Position numbers and translations under genes: made by a program | Shown: positions 28,738 through 39,784 of the stretch, in pieces | Position numbering within the stretch: the stretch's first letter is position 1 | Layout: each line of letters opens with the position of its first letter | Notes under the pieces: generated by a model | What the model was told of the DNA's origin: nothing | Seen by the model: the letters and a program-made list of their open reading frames with translations, nothing else | The model's database searches: none | Origin: a virus | Taxonomy: Duplodnaviria > Caudoviricetes | DNA length: 64,000 nucleotides | Reading direction: 5' to 3' (one strand) | IMG/VR virus record: IMGVR_UViG_3300027740_000003 | Coordinates: 224,001 to 288,000 of that record

Positions 28738-30446
28738 TATGTTCCCCTAATTGAACCCTTCCGTGCTTTTATCGGGGTTTGAGAAGTGATTATAATTAAA
28801 CTATCTGCAAAGGCTAATATATTAAAAAATATCTTTTCAAACTCTTTAAGACAATCTAAAATTGGTGGCCTATTCCCAGCTAGTTGAGTAAAAACCTCAT
28901 TATTTACCAATTCATGAAAATTTTCATCCAATCTGGTTAATGAATTATTATCCAAAAAACCAATTAGATACTTCATATCTATGGTATATAATGCAGTGTA
29001 TATTGCTAAAATATCAACAATTCCAATTCCGGCTATTTCTCCAGTTATTTTTTCTATTGTTGCTAAATAATTCAAAGCCCTTCTTGCAATCTCATCCTCT
29101 TCTTTTTTTAAATTATCTATTGGGTTTGTTAGATTTTTCGTTAAATCAACAGAAATTCCGCTTACATATGAATTATCACCAACTCTGCTATCTTGTTTTG
29201 AATTTAATCTATTATTAACTAATTCTTTTAATTGCATTAATGCGATTTTTTGTCTTGTTTCTGATGTGTCAGTTAGGCCTCCGGATGTTTTTATCTTTCC
29301 GTTTTGCGGAAATTCCGGGCCGTTTGTTCCAACAATTGGTTGTAAATTTGATTTTGCACGCAAATATTCTAACACTTGAACTGACGCTATCAATTCTAAA
29401 ACTGCTACTTTAATTCCTTTTATTAACGTATTTACTATAGCCACTTCTAAAGTTGTAAAATCTTGTATTGTTTCTATTACCTCTGTCCCTACATTTTCTA
29501 ATGAATCCTTTCCAGATATTGCTAATAAAGTATATTTTATTTCATCACTGGTTTCCGCAGATGTTTTATTATCTAATATATACTTTGCTGATTTTATAAA
29601 AGTATCATCAATCTCTTTTACTTGTAATCTGTTTATTATTATTTGTTCCAAAATTGGACGGGAAACTTTTATATCACTTCCGCCTTCATCCTTTCCTGTT
29701 ATCAATTCTTTTGGAGAACCAAGGAACGGAACAGCAACTCTCCTTGATTGCTCTGGCATAACAGCCAACTCAATAACAGGATCAACAACAAACGGTTTTA
29801 ATATATGAGGAACGTTAGTTATTATATCAGGAATTGTACTTGTAATATTTAAATCATTTAATTCTTGTTTTCTGCTATCAATTGGTGTTCTTTGCTCATC
29901 AATAAAAAAAGGATCTTTGCCAGTTTGAGCAGATAAAAAAGGTCTTGTTTTTCTAAGCAATAACGCATATACAGAAGCCACTTCATCCTGTCTGGCAAAA
30001 ATATCTCTCCTGTCATAGAACTGTGTCTCTCGTTCCGCAGTTAAAATAAAATTAGCCGAACTGCTATATATTTTATTCTTTACAGCTGTTCTGTGTGCTA
30101 TCGTTTCACTCTGTTTAGGATCGTGCCCAGGATTAAAAAATGTTCCATCCGGAGCAACAACAGGAAATCCTACATTCCTATAAAATGCATGACATCGGCT
30201 TTCATTATATCTTAATACGTCTATGCTTCCACCAGACAATGCCTGGCTAGCAAATTGTTCTTGTTCACTTCTGTCAGTTCTTTCATTCTGAGACACCGTT
30301 CCCATTCCAGAAGAGTTCTGAAAAGACCTTATATTTTGATCAATAGGTTTAACAAAAGTATTATACATCTGTTCAACAGAGCTAATGCTTTGTATATCAT
30401 CAGTCTTATCTGTCCTAACAAGATTTGGTTTTACTTTAATTGTCAT
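28737..30446 (-). CDS. Uncharacterised baseplate-region protein
   Basis: 569-aa ORF translationally coupled within the baseplate operon; no motif recognised. Confidence 0.6.
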   Translation of the reverse strand: MTIKVKPNLVRTDKTDDIQSISSVEQMYNTFVKPIDQNIRSFQNSSGMGTVSQNERTDRSEQEQFASQALSGGSIDVLRYNESRCHAFYRNVGFPVVAPDGTFFNPGHDPKQSETIAHRTAVKNKIYSSSANFILTAERETQFYDRRDIFARQDEVASVYALLLRKTRPFLSAQTGKDPFFIDEQRTPIDSRKQELNDLNITSTIPDIITNVPHILKPFVVDPVIELAVMPEQSRRVAVPFLGSPKELITGKDEGGSDIKVSRPILEQIIINRLQVKEIDDTFIKSAKYILDNKTSAETSDEIKYTLLAISGKDSLENVGTEVIETIQDFTTLEVAIVNTLIKGIKVAVLELIASVQVLEYLRAKSNLQPIVGTNGPEFPQNGKIKTSGGLTDTSETRQKIALMQLKELVNNRLNSKQDSRVGDNSYVSGISVDLTKNLTNPIDNLKKEEDEIARRALNYLATIEKITGEIAGIGIVDILAIYTALYTIDMKYLIGFLDNNSLTRLDENFHELVNNEVFTQLAGNRPPILDCLKEFEKIFFNILAFADSLIIITSQTPIKARKGSIRGT

Positions 30447-30449
30447 TTA

Positions 30450-32645
30450 TTAAACCTCAGAAACGTTATTTGCCACATCAGTTGCATCACGACGCACCTT
30501 GCCAACATCAACTCCACCAGCAATACCCTTAACACTACTAACAAATGTATATGGTAAAAATCTTTCTTGTGTTGCTGTGTCTATATCCGGATTGTCTGTG
30601 TTCAATTTCTCTAAAAACATATTGTTCTGCCAAGAAATCCTAAGCTCACCATCTCCACCTTCATCACTTGAAATGTAAGCTTCAAAAACACTTATGTCTT
30701 TATTATATGTGAATTTAGATAGTTCACCCAAAGAAACCTCTCCACTCAAAGCATCAGCTGCTGCCCCTGAACAACTATCTGGAATATTATCAGATAACAC
30801 AACTCCGGCCTTATCCTTTAAAACAACAGATACTTTAATCTTCTCAGATATAAATTGCAAATCTGGTTCGATAGAAAATGTGCTACCATAAACATCAGCA
30901 CCTGCAAATAATGCCCTACAGAAAGTGTCCTCCGCTTCTGTTTTTAATTGTTCCAAACAAGCAATCATATCTGTTTGGGCCGCCCTAACATTATCCGGAC
31001 TAATATCATCTCTTAACTTTTTAATAACATTTGCCACACACTCCTGGGCCCTAGCTATATCAGGCATTGCTCCAACTCTTGTTATAACCGGATCAAATGA
31101 TGAAGCCAATTCATCATTCAACCGGGTCGTCTCTATGGAAATATCTGGAGTACAACCTAATGTTATTAAATTATATCCAAGCAACGATGCGTGGTTTATA
31201 TTTAATGTAAATATAATATCGTTAAAATAATATCCATCATCAAAACTTGGAACGGAACCTGCCTCTCCATAATTATAATGAATTAGATTTTCTATTGTTA
31301 GTTGAACTCCATTGGAAGTAATTGGGGTAATTCCATCTGCTTCATATGCCAACCCACCAACCAAACTTAATGTCCCATATAAATTATCTACTTGTTGGAT
31401 TGCTCCTGTTTCATCTCTTACACCAATATATGGTTTAGATTCAACTATAGCATTTTTAACAATTACTGTTCTGGTTCCAGAATTATCGCCATTATCAAAT
31501 TCATCAACATTCAAATCTATAAATGTAAGATTAACTGTATATGGAGCTTTCCTTAATGATGTTGTTGCACTATAAGTTTGTCCATCTGGCCAGAATATAT
31601 CTCCATATTCAAAATCAGAAGAGTTTGATCTGCTTCCTCCATCAGCATTTCTCTGTGTTGTTGTGTCTTGATATTGTGTAATTATGTCTTTAAATGAATA
31701 AGGCTGCTCCGGATCGTCATTTACAAATTGCCACCATTCCCGGCGCAATGTGTTCCCAGTAATTTTGTCTCCAAAAATAGAAGAAAACATAGGATTATCA
31801 ACTACAGACGGATCTATAATTTGTTTGTAATATATTAGCTTTCCCTGTATCCCTTGTATTCCGTTCGGATTATTCCTTATGAAGGGAGGACAAACATCGT
31901 CTCCACAACAACCAGAATCTTCCTCGCCATCCCTGCCACTGCTACAAATTCCAACTCCACCAAGTTGAGACAAGGCTTCAATGATTGCCATTATAACAGC
32001 AATGGCAGATAACATTGCCATTAAATTCTCAATAATACATAACAAACTCGCTAGTTTAAATGCAATTGCCGCTGTTGCTTCGGCATCCTGTGAAGTGACA
32101 CACTTGCCAAGCAACTCCAAGTTCTCCAAAATATCATTTATAAGCTCAAGTATTCTTGCTATAATATATGAAATTAATGCAATTAATAAAAGAATTATTG
32201 ACAATATCATTGCAATTAAAGCCAGCCATGGAAACAGATTTAAAAATGGAGGCAAACATTCTTTTATTAATTTCCTAACTGCTTTGATTAATTTATATGG
32301 ATTAGGTATTGCACACAACACATCTATAATACACAGAATCATATTTAACAAAGCTGTTATAAAACTATACATAGATAAAAATGGACTTAACATACTAAAT
32401 AGGTTCATTATGCCATTTAGTAATGTTGCGGCAAAGTTATCTATTTGTGGGTTAAGAATGCCTCCTGGCCAATTTATTTTTAATGCATTAAGTATCTCTA
32501 ATACTTTTTCTGGAAATCCTTCTGGAAGTTTAAATCCTGGAATAGGCAACTGTATCGGAGAAAATGGTATACCAAATCCGGGTATAGGAATGCCTGGAAC
32601 AACAGGAGGATGAAGATTGTTTGTAGAAGGTGAGCAAGGCGCCAT
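30450..32645 (-). CDS. Baseplate-region protein with a long hydrophobic helical N-terminus and a C-terminal invasin/Big_1-like Ig domain
   Basis: Pro-rich start, about 160 hydrophobic helical residues, STFSIEP...IKVSVVLKDKAG...LGELS...FEAYISS..GGDGELRI. Confidence 0.55.
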   Translation of the reverse strand: MAPCSPSTNNLHPPVVPGIPIPGFGIPFSPIQLPIPGFKLPEGFPEKVLEILNALKINWPGGILNPQIDNFAATLLNGIMNLFSMLSPFLSMYSFITALLNMILCIIDVLCAIPNPYKLIKAVRKLIKECLPPFLNLFPWLALIAMILSIILLLIALISYIIARILELINDILENLELLGKCVTSQDAEATAAIAFKLASLLCIIENLMAMLSAIAVIMAIIEALSQLGGVGICSSGRDGEEDSGCCGDDVCPPFIRNNPNGIQGIQGKLIYYKQIIDPSVVDNPMFSSIFGDKITGNTLRREWWQFVNDDPEQPYSFKDIITQYQDTTTQRNADGGSRSNSSDFEYGDIFWPDGQTYSATTSLRKAPYTVNLTFIDLNVDEFDNGDNSGTRTVIVKNAIVESKPYIGVRDETGAIQQVDNLYGTLSLVGGLAYEADGITPITSNGVQLTIENLIHYNYGEAGSVPSFDDGYYFNDIIFTLNINHASLLGYNLITLGCTPDISIETTRLNDELASSFDPVITRVGAMPDIARAQECVANVIKKLRDDISPDNVRAAQTDMIACLEQLKTEAEDTFCRALFAGADVYGSTFSIEPDLQFISEKIKVSVVLKDKAGVVLSDNIPDSCSGAAADALSGEVSLGELSKFTYNKDISVFEAYISSDEGGDGELRISWQNNMFLEKLNTDNPDIDTATQERFLPYTFVSSVKGIAGGVDVGKVRRDATDVANNVSEV

Positions 32646-34774
32646 TATATAGCCTTTCCAGGAGTTCTTTCAACAAACCTGGGACAATTTTTGTAATAAA
32701 ATCCAATATTTGGAGCTTCAAAAAGTATATTAGTATGCGAATTAAAAACCATATCTTGCTCAGACATTATCTCAACCCTGCCAGGACAAGCAACTGTTGT
32801 TCCTTTTTCATCAATTCTTACCACAGTAAGTTGCCCATCGCTCTTTAATACCCTTATATCTAACACACCTGACTGAGCCAAACTAATCTCTTTTTCAAAT
32901 CTAGTATCGGTTTTCTTGTCAGATTGAGTGTCTATGTTTAACCCACCTATCTGAACAAGAACATGCCCGTCAAATTGGCCAAGATAACTTACTCCCCTTC
33001 TATCTCTTCCAATTGTAGATACCATACCACCAGCCGTATCAAGCCACATAGATTGTCTATCTACTGTATTTGCTCCAACACTACAAGAAATAAAACCATC
33101 TAAATTAATCGTTCCGCTTCTTCCACCAGCATTAGCATTTGGCCCAGCTATGTTTATTTCAGATGTTATAAACTTCTCATATTGTATTTCGTTTTGTCTT
33201 GTATTTATAGATGAATCTAATTGATATCTAATTAATTTTCCACCAGAGTCATCTGTAATTCTCTTTTTAGTAAACTGATATCCTGCTGATAAAATATCAT
33301 GATATACAAGGTTAAGTTTTGTTGTGTCTCCAGTAAACCTATCTATTGGACCAACTTGACCCTCTTGTCCCATCAATGATATTCCAGAAGAGTTATTTGT
33401 ATAATTCTCAATATAAATATCTCTACCCTCATCTTCCAAAACAAAATCATTAGGCCCTGGAGTATCTTTTTCAGAAAACGCTAATACAGAAGAGTTTACA
33501 TATCTTGTATGTAAAGGTATGTTTCCAATTTCCGATGACATTGGAACATTAAGTTTAAATTGGCCTTCTTTATCAATATCTAAAAATAGCCTAGATCTAT
33601 CACGAGCATAATTATCTACATCAGATACATCTAATGGTTCATATGCTCCAAGAATTGATCCTTCAGTTATTGAGGGTTCTGGCAAACCATCTAATCCCCT
33701 CGGAAGTTTTTGCGCCGCTCCATTCTCTTTTCTTGCATTTAATTCAAAATGATAAGCTATTGATTTTCTATGTTCATTTCTTATTTTGATAAATGCATCT
33801 GAGGTATCAGCATTATCTATAAATGACAAGTCTCCTTTTCCAATTTGTAGAATAGATCTGTTTATGTCTAGAATATTTCCAAATGTATCAACCCCTGTTC
33901 CTAAAACTTCTTCAAATAAATGATTTGGATAATATAAATTTAATCCAAATGAAACAGATCTCATTTGTTGTCTTTGAACAATAGTTTGATTTGTTCTTTT
34001 ATAATTTGGGTCTAATTTTAATAACTCAATATTGTCCAGTTCAAAATCTACTTCATTAGAAGAAGATCCAAACTCATAAATAATTTTTCTATTTTCTATT
34101 AAAGGTAAATTTCTAACCAACCCTAAAGACGTAGAAATAGAAGGTTGTATGGTTGGTTCCATTCCAACAGTCCACAAATTATCATCATATTCTCTGTCAT
34201 TTAAAGATGAATATTCGATATTTCTAAATGAATTATCGTTAATATCTCTTTTTATTTCACCTATTATTTCTCTATGAGCTGATGTAAAAGAATATTGTTT
34301 TGCAAAATCGTGAGAAATAATATCTCTTTTTATATCTAATTGCAAAGATGATAGTGAATTGCCTGCCACAATTTCATTTGAAGAATTTGGGTCATTATCA
34401 TTTGGGGCTTCTAGATATATTCTATTGGCAGCTTTTTTACTTTGAATAAGTATTCTGTTTGGCTTAAAATCAGCCATTAAATTTCCGAACACACCACTTA
34501 GACCAGAAGTATTTGTATTACTAAAAATATCATCTGGTCTCAAAAAACCAGAAATAAACCAACTTCCCTGGCCCTGTTCAACCATAACAGCAGTATTTTC
34601 TTCAGGATATCCGGCAATAACTGCGCCATCAGGAGAAGCAAAAGCCAATGGCAGATCTACAACGTATTCGTTATCTTGATTAGCTGGACCCGTGCCATCA
34701 TCAAGAACAACATGGGCCTTACCATTTCCCACATATTTTATTATTCTTCCTCTGCGTTTAATACTAACTGACAT
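32645..34774 (-). CDS. Baseplate central spike (gpV / gp5 / VgrG C-terminal-like)
   Basis: N-terminal OB-fold pattern RGRII..VGNGKAHVV...YP..NTAVMV..G.G.WFISGF; C-terminal short beta-strand repeats (TVVRIDEKGTTV..PGRVEIMSEQDMVFNS); follows the hub gene. Confidence 0.7.
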   Translation of the reverse strand: MSVSIKRRGRIIKYVGNGKAHVVLDDGTGPANQDNEYVVDLPLAFASPDGAVIAGYPEENTAVMVEQGQGSWFISGFLRPDDIFSNTNTSGLSGVFGNLMADFKPNRILIQSKKAANRIYLEAPNDNDPNSSNEIVAGNSLSSLQLDIKRDIISHDFAKQYSFTSAHREIIGEIKRDINDNSFRNIEYSSLNDREYDDNLWTVGMEPTIQPSISTSLGLVRNLPLIENRKIIYEFGSSSNEVDFELDNIELLKLDPNYKRTNQTIVQRQQMRSVSFGLNLYYPNHLFEEVLGTGVDTFGNILDINRSILQIGKGDLSFIDNADTSDAFIKIRNEHRKSIAYHFELNARKENGAAQKLPRGLDGLPEPSITEGSILGAYEPLDVSDVDNYARDRSRLFLDIDKEGQFKLNVPMSSEIGNIPLHTRYVNSSVLAFSEKDTPGPNDFVLEDEGRDIYIENYTNNSSGISLMGQEGQVGPIDRFTGDTTKLNLVYHDILSAGYQFTKKRITDDSGGKLIRYQLDSSINTRQNEIQYEKFITSEINIAGPNANAGGRSGTINLDGFISCSVGANTVDRQSMWLDTAGGMVSTIGRDRRGVSYLGQFDGHVLVQIGGLNIDTQSDKKTDTRFEKEISLAQSGVLDIRVLKSDGQLTVVRIDEKGTTVACPGRVEIMSEQDMVFNSHTNILFEAPNIGFYYKNCPRFVERTPGKAI

Positions 34775-37700
34775 TATTGAGCCTTAGGTTTAAATGATAC
34801 CCAAACATCTAGCACTGTCTTATATAACACCTTTTCTTCTACTGTAGCTACGGATTGTAAACTAGAATTCATAGTATCTGATAGAGACGCCCAAGGAGCT
34901 GGCCCATCCATGGATCCTTGAGTAATATCATTATACGTTCCTAAAGTGTCTATGGCTTCTCCAGATGATTCCCTTGCTGCTAACCATGCCCTGCCTGATG
35001 GGCCTTGTGCTTCAATTGATGTTATGTTTCGTATGCTTACAAGCCTGTCAATATCATCTATTTTTAGACCTTCTGATATTCCGCTATCAGGAACCTCCTT
35101 GCTCTTTCCTAATAATTTATTTAATCCTGAAGAAGTCATATCACTAAAACTATTTGTTCCTGGTGGGAATTTAAGGGAATCTCCCTCTGCCAACCCATCA
35201 ATTCCAAAAGTTTTTCTTGACGGATTTTTTAACCATGTTTTTATTAATTCTGCTTTATTTTTAATATTTTGATCTTCGGGGAAACCTTTTTCTGGATTTG
35301 AATAATATCTAATTTCTACAAATGCCTCATCATCTGTTGATGCCTGAGATCCTTTCAGAGCTAATATAACCTGTGTTAATGTTGCCCGGTTCTGGTCTCC
35401 ATATTTTCCAACCACAATAGAATTTATACCAGAATTATTATCTATTACAATTATTCCAAGATGCTGATCTCCATTAGAATATCCATGTCTTGCATTACGA
35501 ATCTTATTTGCTTGATTTCTTTTTGAATATAATCCTTTACCAATAATATCAAGCATTGTTGGGAAATATTCTCCAGGATTATGACCATATGTTAAAGTGA
35601 GATTAGTTGTAAAACTGCTTCCGAAATTAAAATTATGACTAACAGATTCTACATAGAAAAGAAGATCTCTATCTTCCATATAGATTACTTCTCCTGGTTG
35701 CATAAATTCATTCCCGGCAATTTGCATATTGCCCGAAATAAGTTTCCTTCTTTGCTCTGTTAATAACCAATTTGCCAATGGCGCTGCTTGAGCATCTGCA
35801 TCTGAAATATATGGAGCAGAAACATTGCTGCCTACTTTAAATCCATACATTCTCCACAAATCATAATCAACAGCAATTGCTGAAGACTGCATGTTTCCAT
35901 TGAATCCAATTTCTCCAACCGGAGGTACAAATCCTTCTCCTACCAAACCGTTAACTTCTATTGTTGTAAAGTCTGGCTTGTTCTCACTTATTGAAAATGA
36001 TATTATTTGATTGTCTTTAATTATATATCTTCCACCAGAACCAGGTCCTAAATCATCTTCATCCTCATTCTCTATTAAATGCTGAATTACTGAAGGAGCC
36101 TCTTTCTTACCTTGGAAACTGGGGAATATTGCATTCCTCCTTGTTGTAGGATCATTGTCTATCAACGATGCTTGTTCAAGATTCTTTAATGAATTTTTTA
36201 ATAATTTCAATACGCTCTGTCTTTCAGAAACATAAGAAGAAATTTCTTTTGTTAATTTAAGAATAGATGTTTGCGAATTTACGCTGCCTAACCCTTGATT
36301 TATTCTTTCTCCAACAAGATCTTTAATTGTTGGAACGGGCTGACCTGTTGTATTGTGTATTCTTGTACTAACTCTATCAAAAGCAGTTTTTATAACATCA
36401 TCTGCGGGCATAAATCTGGTGCTATCAAAAACAGCAGATACTTGAGACGATGTATCAAATAATGCTCTGTTCCTTATTTGCTCTGCTATCTTTCCAGTTG
36501 TTTCTTTTAATGCTTTAAATTCATTTTCTTCTCTTTGAGAAGCAGAATCCTGTGCTACTAAAGCCCTTATTGTAGAGGGCTTTACTCCAAATTGCCCACG
36601 TTCATTTGTTATAAATTTAAAAGAGAAAGATGCGTCTCCAAAATTTGCACCACTTAAAAACTTCTGAGCTTCAAAATCATCAGTTAGTCCCATAACTAAT
36701 GTTCTTAATCTAATCTGATCTTCAACAATACACAGTCTGTCAATTAGCCCATCCGCCTGATCTATAAATAATGTCTCTAATGTTTTTGGATATATTTTTC
36801 TTCCATCAGAAATCATTTTATAAAATACAGAACTTGGAACTTTATTGTATCCTGGCGGTTTAATTTCAACATGTCCTTGTGAATTTGCAAATACTTCTAA
36901 ACCAAGAATCTTAGCAACGCTACTTATTTGTGTTGCAATATCTGTATAATCAGATTTTAGCAAACTCATCTTGTCAGCCAAAGCTCTTTCAAAAGCCTGT
37001 ATGTCATAATCTTTATCATACTGATCGTCAATAATAAGAAGATTTTGATCGTCATTTGCACTTACTTTCCACAGCCTTCTCTGTGTCAAAAGCTTCATTT
37101 TTCTTCGCATCAAGGCTCTTGTCTGTTCTTTCTCTTCTTCTCCAACCTGATTCCCAAGCCCATCTAAATCTGGAGAATATGATATATCATCTCCAAATAC
37201 TTGCATAGAACCGTCTTCTATTGTTTTATATACTTGGTTTTGTAAACTGTTTATTTTTGTATCTAGTTCAAATAAGGAAGTAGATGCCGCCGCTACTAAA
37301 CCTCTATCATCTTGATTTGTTAAAGAAGTTTGCGGCATATTGTCTTTATTCATTTCTCCATTAAGAGATAATCCATAAATATTTGGGTTGCCAGCAAATA
37401 CCGCATCTGCCATAGATAATGTGTCATATAATTTTGCCCTCTCTGACAACAGCCGGTCAAGCTCAGCACTGTTTTGCTGATAACTAAACTGTCCTGATAT
37501 TGAGAACCTTAATGCAGCATCATCCATTACAAGACGTTTGAACGGAACAAAGTTTCCCCATAACGTATTATCTATCTGCAAATCAGAAATAAAACTACGG
37601 AAAAATGACCTGGCCATTTCTGTATTTGATAATCCGTCTTTGTTTTCTAAAAATGATAGATTTGAATTCTTAACAGAAGAAGTAATAAAAGTATTATAAT

Positions 37701-39777
37701 TATATGGAACTCCAGAAATTAATAATGACAAAACATTCATTACATCTTGTCCAGCAAATGGATTTTTAGTCAATAATGGAGATGCAGACTTTCTAAATGC
37801 ATTATTGGGATGTCTAGAACTATTGTATGTAAATGTTCCTATTCCAGACTTCCATCTATAAACAAATCCATCAGGATCAAAAAATACTCGCTGTGTTTGA
37901 TTAACCCCATTGGCTGCTTTAATATTTGTATCCCCTAATAAATACAAAAATTCAGTCATCGGAGAACCGATAAATCTAGAGCCGTTTTTAAATTTAGCAA
38001 TTCCACTAAATAATAACCTCTCATTTTCAGACAACAATTTAGGATGATCATTTACTAAAAATCCCGTAGCTCCATCAAATTCTAAATCAAATGGTGTTAA
38101 TGGATCAAATATAGACCTCTCAGGAACATCTACCGCAGGCTTTATATTTATCTGGCCCATTTTGAAATATTCTGTATTGTCAGCACAACTAACACTTAAT
38201 TCATATTTACCCGAATTATAACTTTCATTAACACTTATTACTAATCCACCAAATACATGCGTCCCAGCCGCCTGCCTAGTAAAATCATTCCTTATCGCTA
38301 CCCATAACCATGTAGGGAAATCTGCTCCAACAATTGCTTCTTTTTCTACATCTGTATAAGAATACTTGCTGCCTCCACCAAAGAACCCACCAATATTATT
38401 AAATGATTGTTCTAGATTTTCTATAGAACTATTTAACATTGATAATATGTTGTTTCCAGGATCTACAATAGACCTAGAATCAAATCCAATTATCTTATTA
38501 TCAACCATTGTTTTTGATGTCATAAAAATATGAACGCTATCCATTATCTGAATCATATTTTTATTAACATAATGTAATCTCATTTTTGATCTTAAATAAT
38601 CTATTTCTCCCTGGTTGTCTTGATTTATTACATCGTCTATTTCTTCTTCTTTTTGTCTTTGTAAATTGATAATCAAATATATGTTTTTAGTTATTCTGTC
38701 AAATAAAATTTCTTCTGATCTAATAAGACCGTTTTCTCCTTCGGTTGCAGAAGGATCCAAATTAACTTTTGCTCCAATTCCCATAACACCAGGATCAAAA
38801 CTAAATATTAATTCTCTTCCTTCCTCATCAATAAAAGCTCTTACCTTTGCACTGATAATTGCATTGTCATTTACCCTCCAAACAATTGGAGCAGCTCCAC
38901 GCAGAAGCCTTGCTTTGTTCAATTGTGCCCGCATATCATTATTCTGCTTGGATAATTCACTTTCAGAAAATTGGAATAATGAAGAAGATTGTTTTCTATT
39001 GTAAATATCTGCAATAGCTCTATCTATATCTAACTCACTAATGCTCATTAAATGATAAGGATCTTCTATTGTTATATTACATTTGCCAGCACCAAATTGA
39101 ACAGAAGATGTTGTGTTGCAAGAAGCTGCCATTGTTAGAGAAAATGTTCCCGTTCCTTCCCCTAAATCATACGGCATATCAGGACTAACAAACCATGTTG
39201 TTAAATTCCCAGGATCTGAAAATGCCTGCATTTTTCTTACTGTCTCTATTGTTCTCTTTGTCTTTTGATCTACTATGTTTACACCAAATGCCTCTAATGT
39301 CTCTATGCCTGAAATAAGAAGTGGTGTGAAAAAATCATCAGCAATACCACGGTTCTGAATTACTTTCTCTATCTTTGCTAATCTTTCATATGTGGCAACA
39401 ACTTGACATTTGTTCTGAAATAATCTTTTACTTGCTTTAATAAAGTTTCTTTCAGCTTGTTCCATCATGTCAATTCTATAATTATCAACAAGAGATGAAA
39501 ACATTCTCTTTTTAATAATTATCGTCATGTCAGGCTCTTGCAATAATGCTTCAAAAGACCTGGGACGAATATTACTAATATATCCACTTTCTACATAAGA
39601 CCGTTGTGCAGAATGATCTATCTTGTTTGCAAATTCTCCCAATAAACCAACGTCAGCAACCTGATCTGGATTGTTAGGATCAGGAGTATACAAACTGCGC
39701 GGAGTATTCTCCCCAGCATTTGCATATGTGTTCATTTGTTTAATGAACTGATTTCCAACGTCCTTTAAAAAACTCAT
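34774..39777 (-). CDS. Baseplate hub (T4 gp27 / late control D-like), expanded
   Basis: GNMQIAGNEFMQPGEVIY...FYVESVSHNFNFGSSFTTNLTLTYG, preceded by IISFSISE and YDLWRMYGFK; GKCNITIEDP near the N-terminus. Confidence 0.75.
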   Translation of the reverse strand: MSFLKDVGNQFIKQMNTYANAGENTPRSLYTPDPNNPDQVADVGLLGEFANKIDHSAQRSYVESGYISNIRPRSFEALLQEPDMTIIIKKRMFSSLVDNYRIDMMEQAERNFIKASKRLFQNKCQVVATYERLAKIEKVIQNRGIADDFFTPLLISGIETLEAFGVNIVDQKTKRTIETVRKMQAFSDPGNLTTWFVSPDMPYDLGEGTGTFSLTMAASCNTTSSVQFGAGKCNITIEDPYHLMSISELDIDRAIADIYNRKQSSSLFQFSESELSKQNNDMRAQLNKARLLRGAAPIVWRVNDNAIISAKVRAFIDEEGRELIFSFDPGVMGIGAKVNLDPSATEGENGLIRSEEILFDRITKNIYLIINLQRQKEEEIDDVINQDNQGEIDYLRSKMRLHYVNKNMIQIMDSVHIFMTSKTMVDNKIIGFDSRSIVDPGNNILSMLNSSIENLEQSFNNIGGFFGGGSKYSYTDVEKEAIVGADFPTWLWVAIRNDFTRQAAGTHVFGGLVISVNESYNSGKYELSVSCADNTEYFKMGQINIKPAVDVPERSIFDPLTPFDLEFDGATGFLVNDHPKLLSENERLLFSGIAKFKNGSRFIGSPMTEFLYLLGDTNIKAANGVNQTQRVFFDPDGFVYRWKSGIGTFTYNSSRHPNNAFRKSASPLLTKNPFAGQDVMNVLSLLISGVPYNYNTFITSSVKNSNLSFLENKDGLSNTEMARSFFRSFISDLQIDNTLWGNFVPFKRLVMDDAALRFSISGQFSYQQNSAELDRLLSERAKLYDTLSMADAVFAGNPNIYGLSLNGEMNKDNMPQTSLTNQDDRGLVAAASTSLFELDTKINSLQNQVYKTIEDGSMQVFGDDISYSPDLDGLGNQVGEEEKEQTRALMRRKMKLLTQRRLWKVSANDDQNLLIIDDQYDKDYDIQAFERALADKMSLLKSDYTDIATQISSVAKILGLEVFANSQGHVEIKPPGYNKVPSSVFYKMISDGRKIYPKTLETLFIDQADGLIDRLCIVEDQIRLRTLVMGLTDDFEAQKFLSGANFGDASFSFKFITNERGQFGVKPSTIRALVAQDSASQREENEFKALKETTGKIAEQIRNRALFDTSSQVSAVFDSTRFMPADDVIKTAFDRVSTRIHNTTGQPVPTIKDLVGERINQGLGSVNSQTSILKLTKEISSYVSERQSVLKLLKNSLKNLEQASLIDNDPTTRRNAIFPSFQGKKEAPSVIQHLIENEDEDDLGPGSGGRYIIKDNQIISFSISENKPDFTTIEVNGLVGEGFVPPVGEIGFNGNMQSSAIAVDYDLWRMYGFKVGSNVSAPYISDADAQAAPLANWLLTEQRRKLISGNMQIAGNEFMQPGEVIYMEDRDLLFYVESVSHNFNFGSSFTTNLTLTYGHNPGEYFPTMLDIIGKGLYSKRNQANKIRNARHGYSNGDQHLGIIVIDNNSGINSIVVGKYGDQNRATLTQVILALKGSQASTDDEAFVEIRYYSNPEKGFPEDQNIKNKAELIKTWLKNPSRKTFGIDGLAEGDSLKFPPGTNSFSDMTSSGLNKLLGKSKEVPDSGISEGLKIDDIDRLVSIRNITSIEAQGPSGRAWLAARESSGEAIDTLGTYNDITQGSMDGPAPWASLSDTMNSSLQSVATVEEKVLYKTVLDVWVSFKPKAQ

Positions 39778-39784
39778 TTCTTCC

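Noticed and set aside
31981-32613. 210-aa plus-strand ORF
   Set aside because: Antisense to the hydrophobic region of the 731-aa gene; Ile/Asn/Ala-rich composition expected from the reverse complement.
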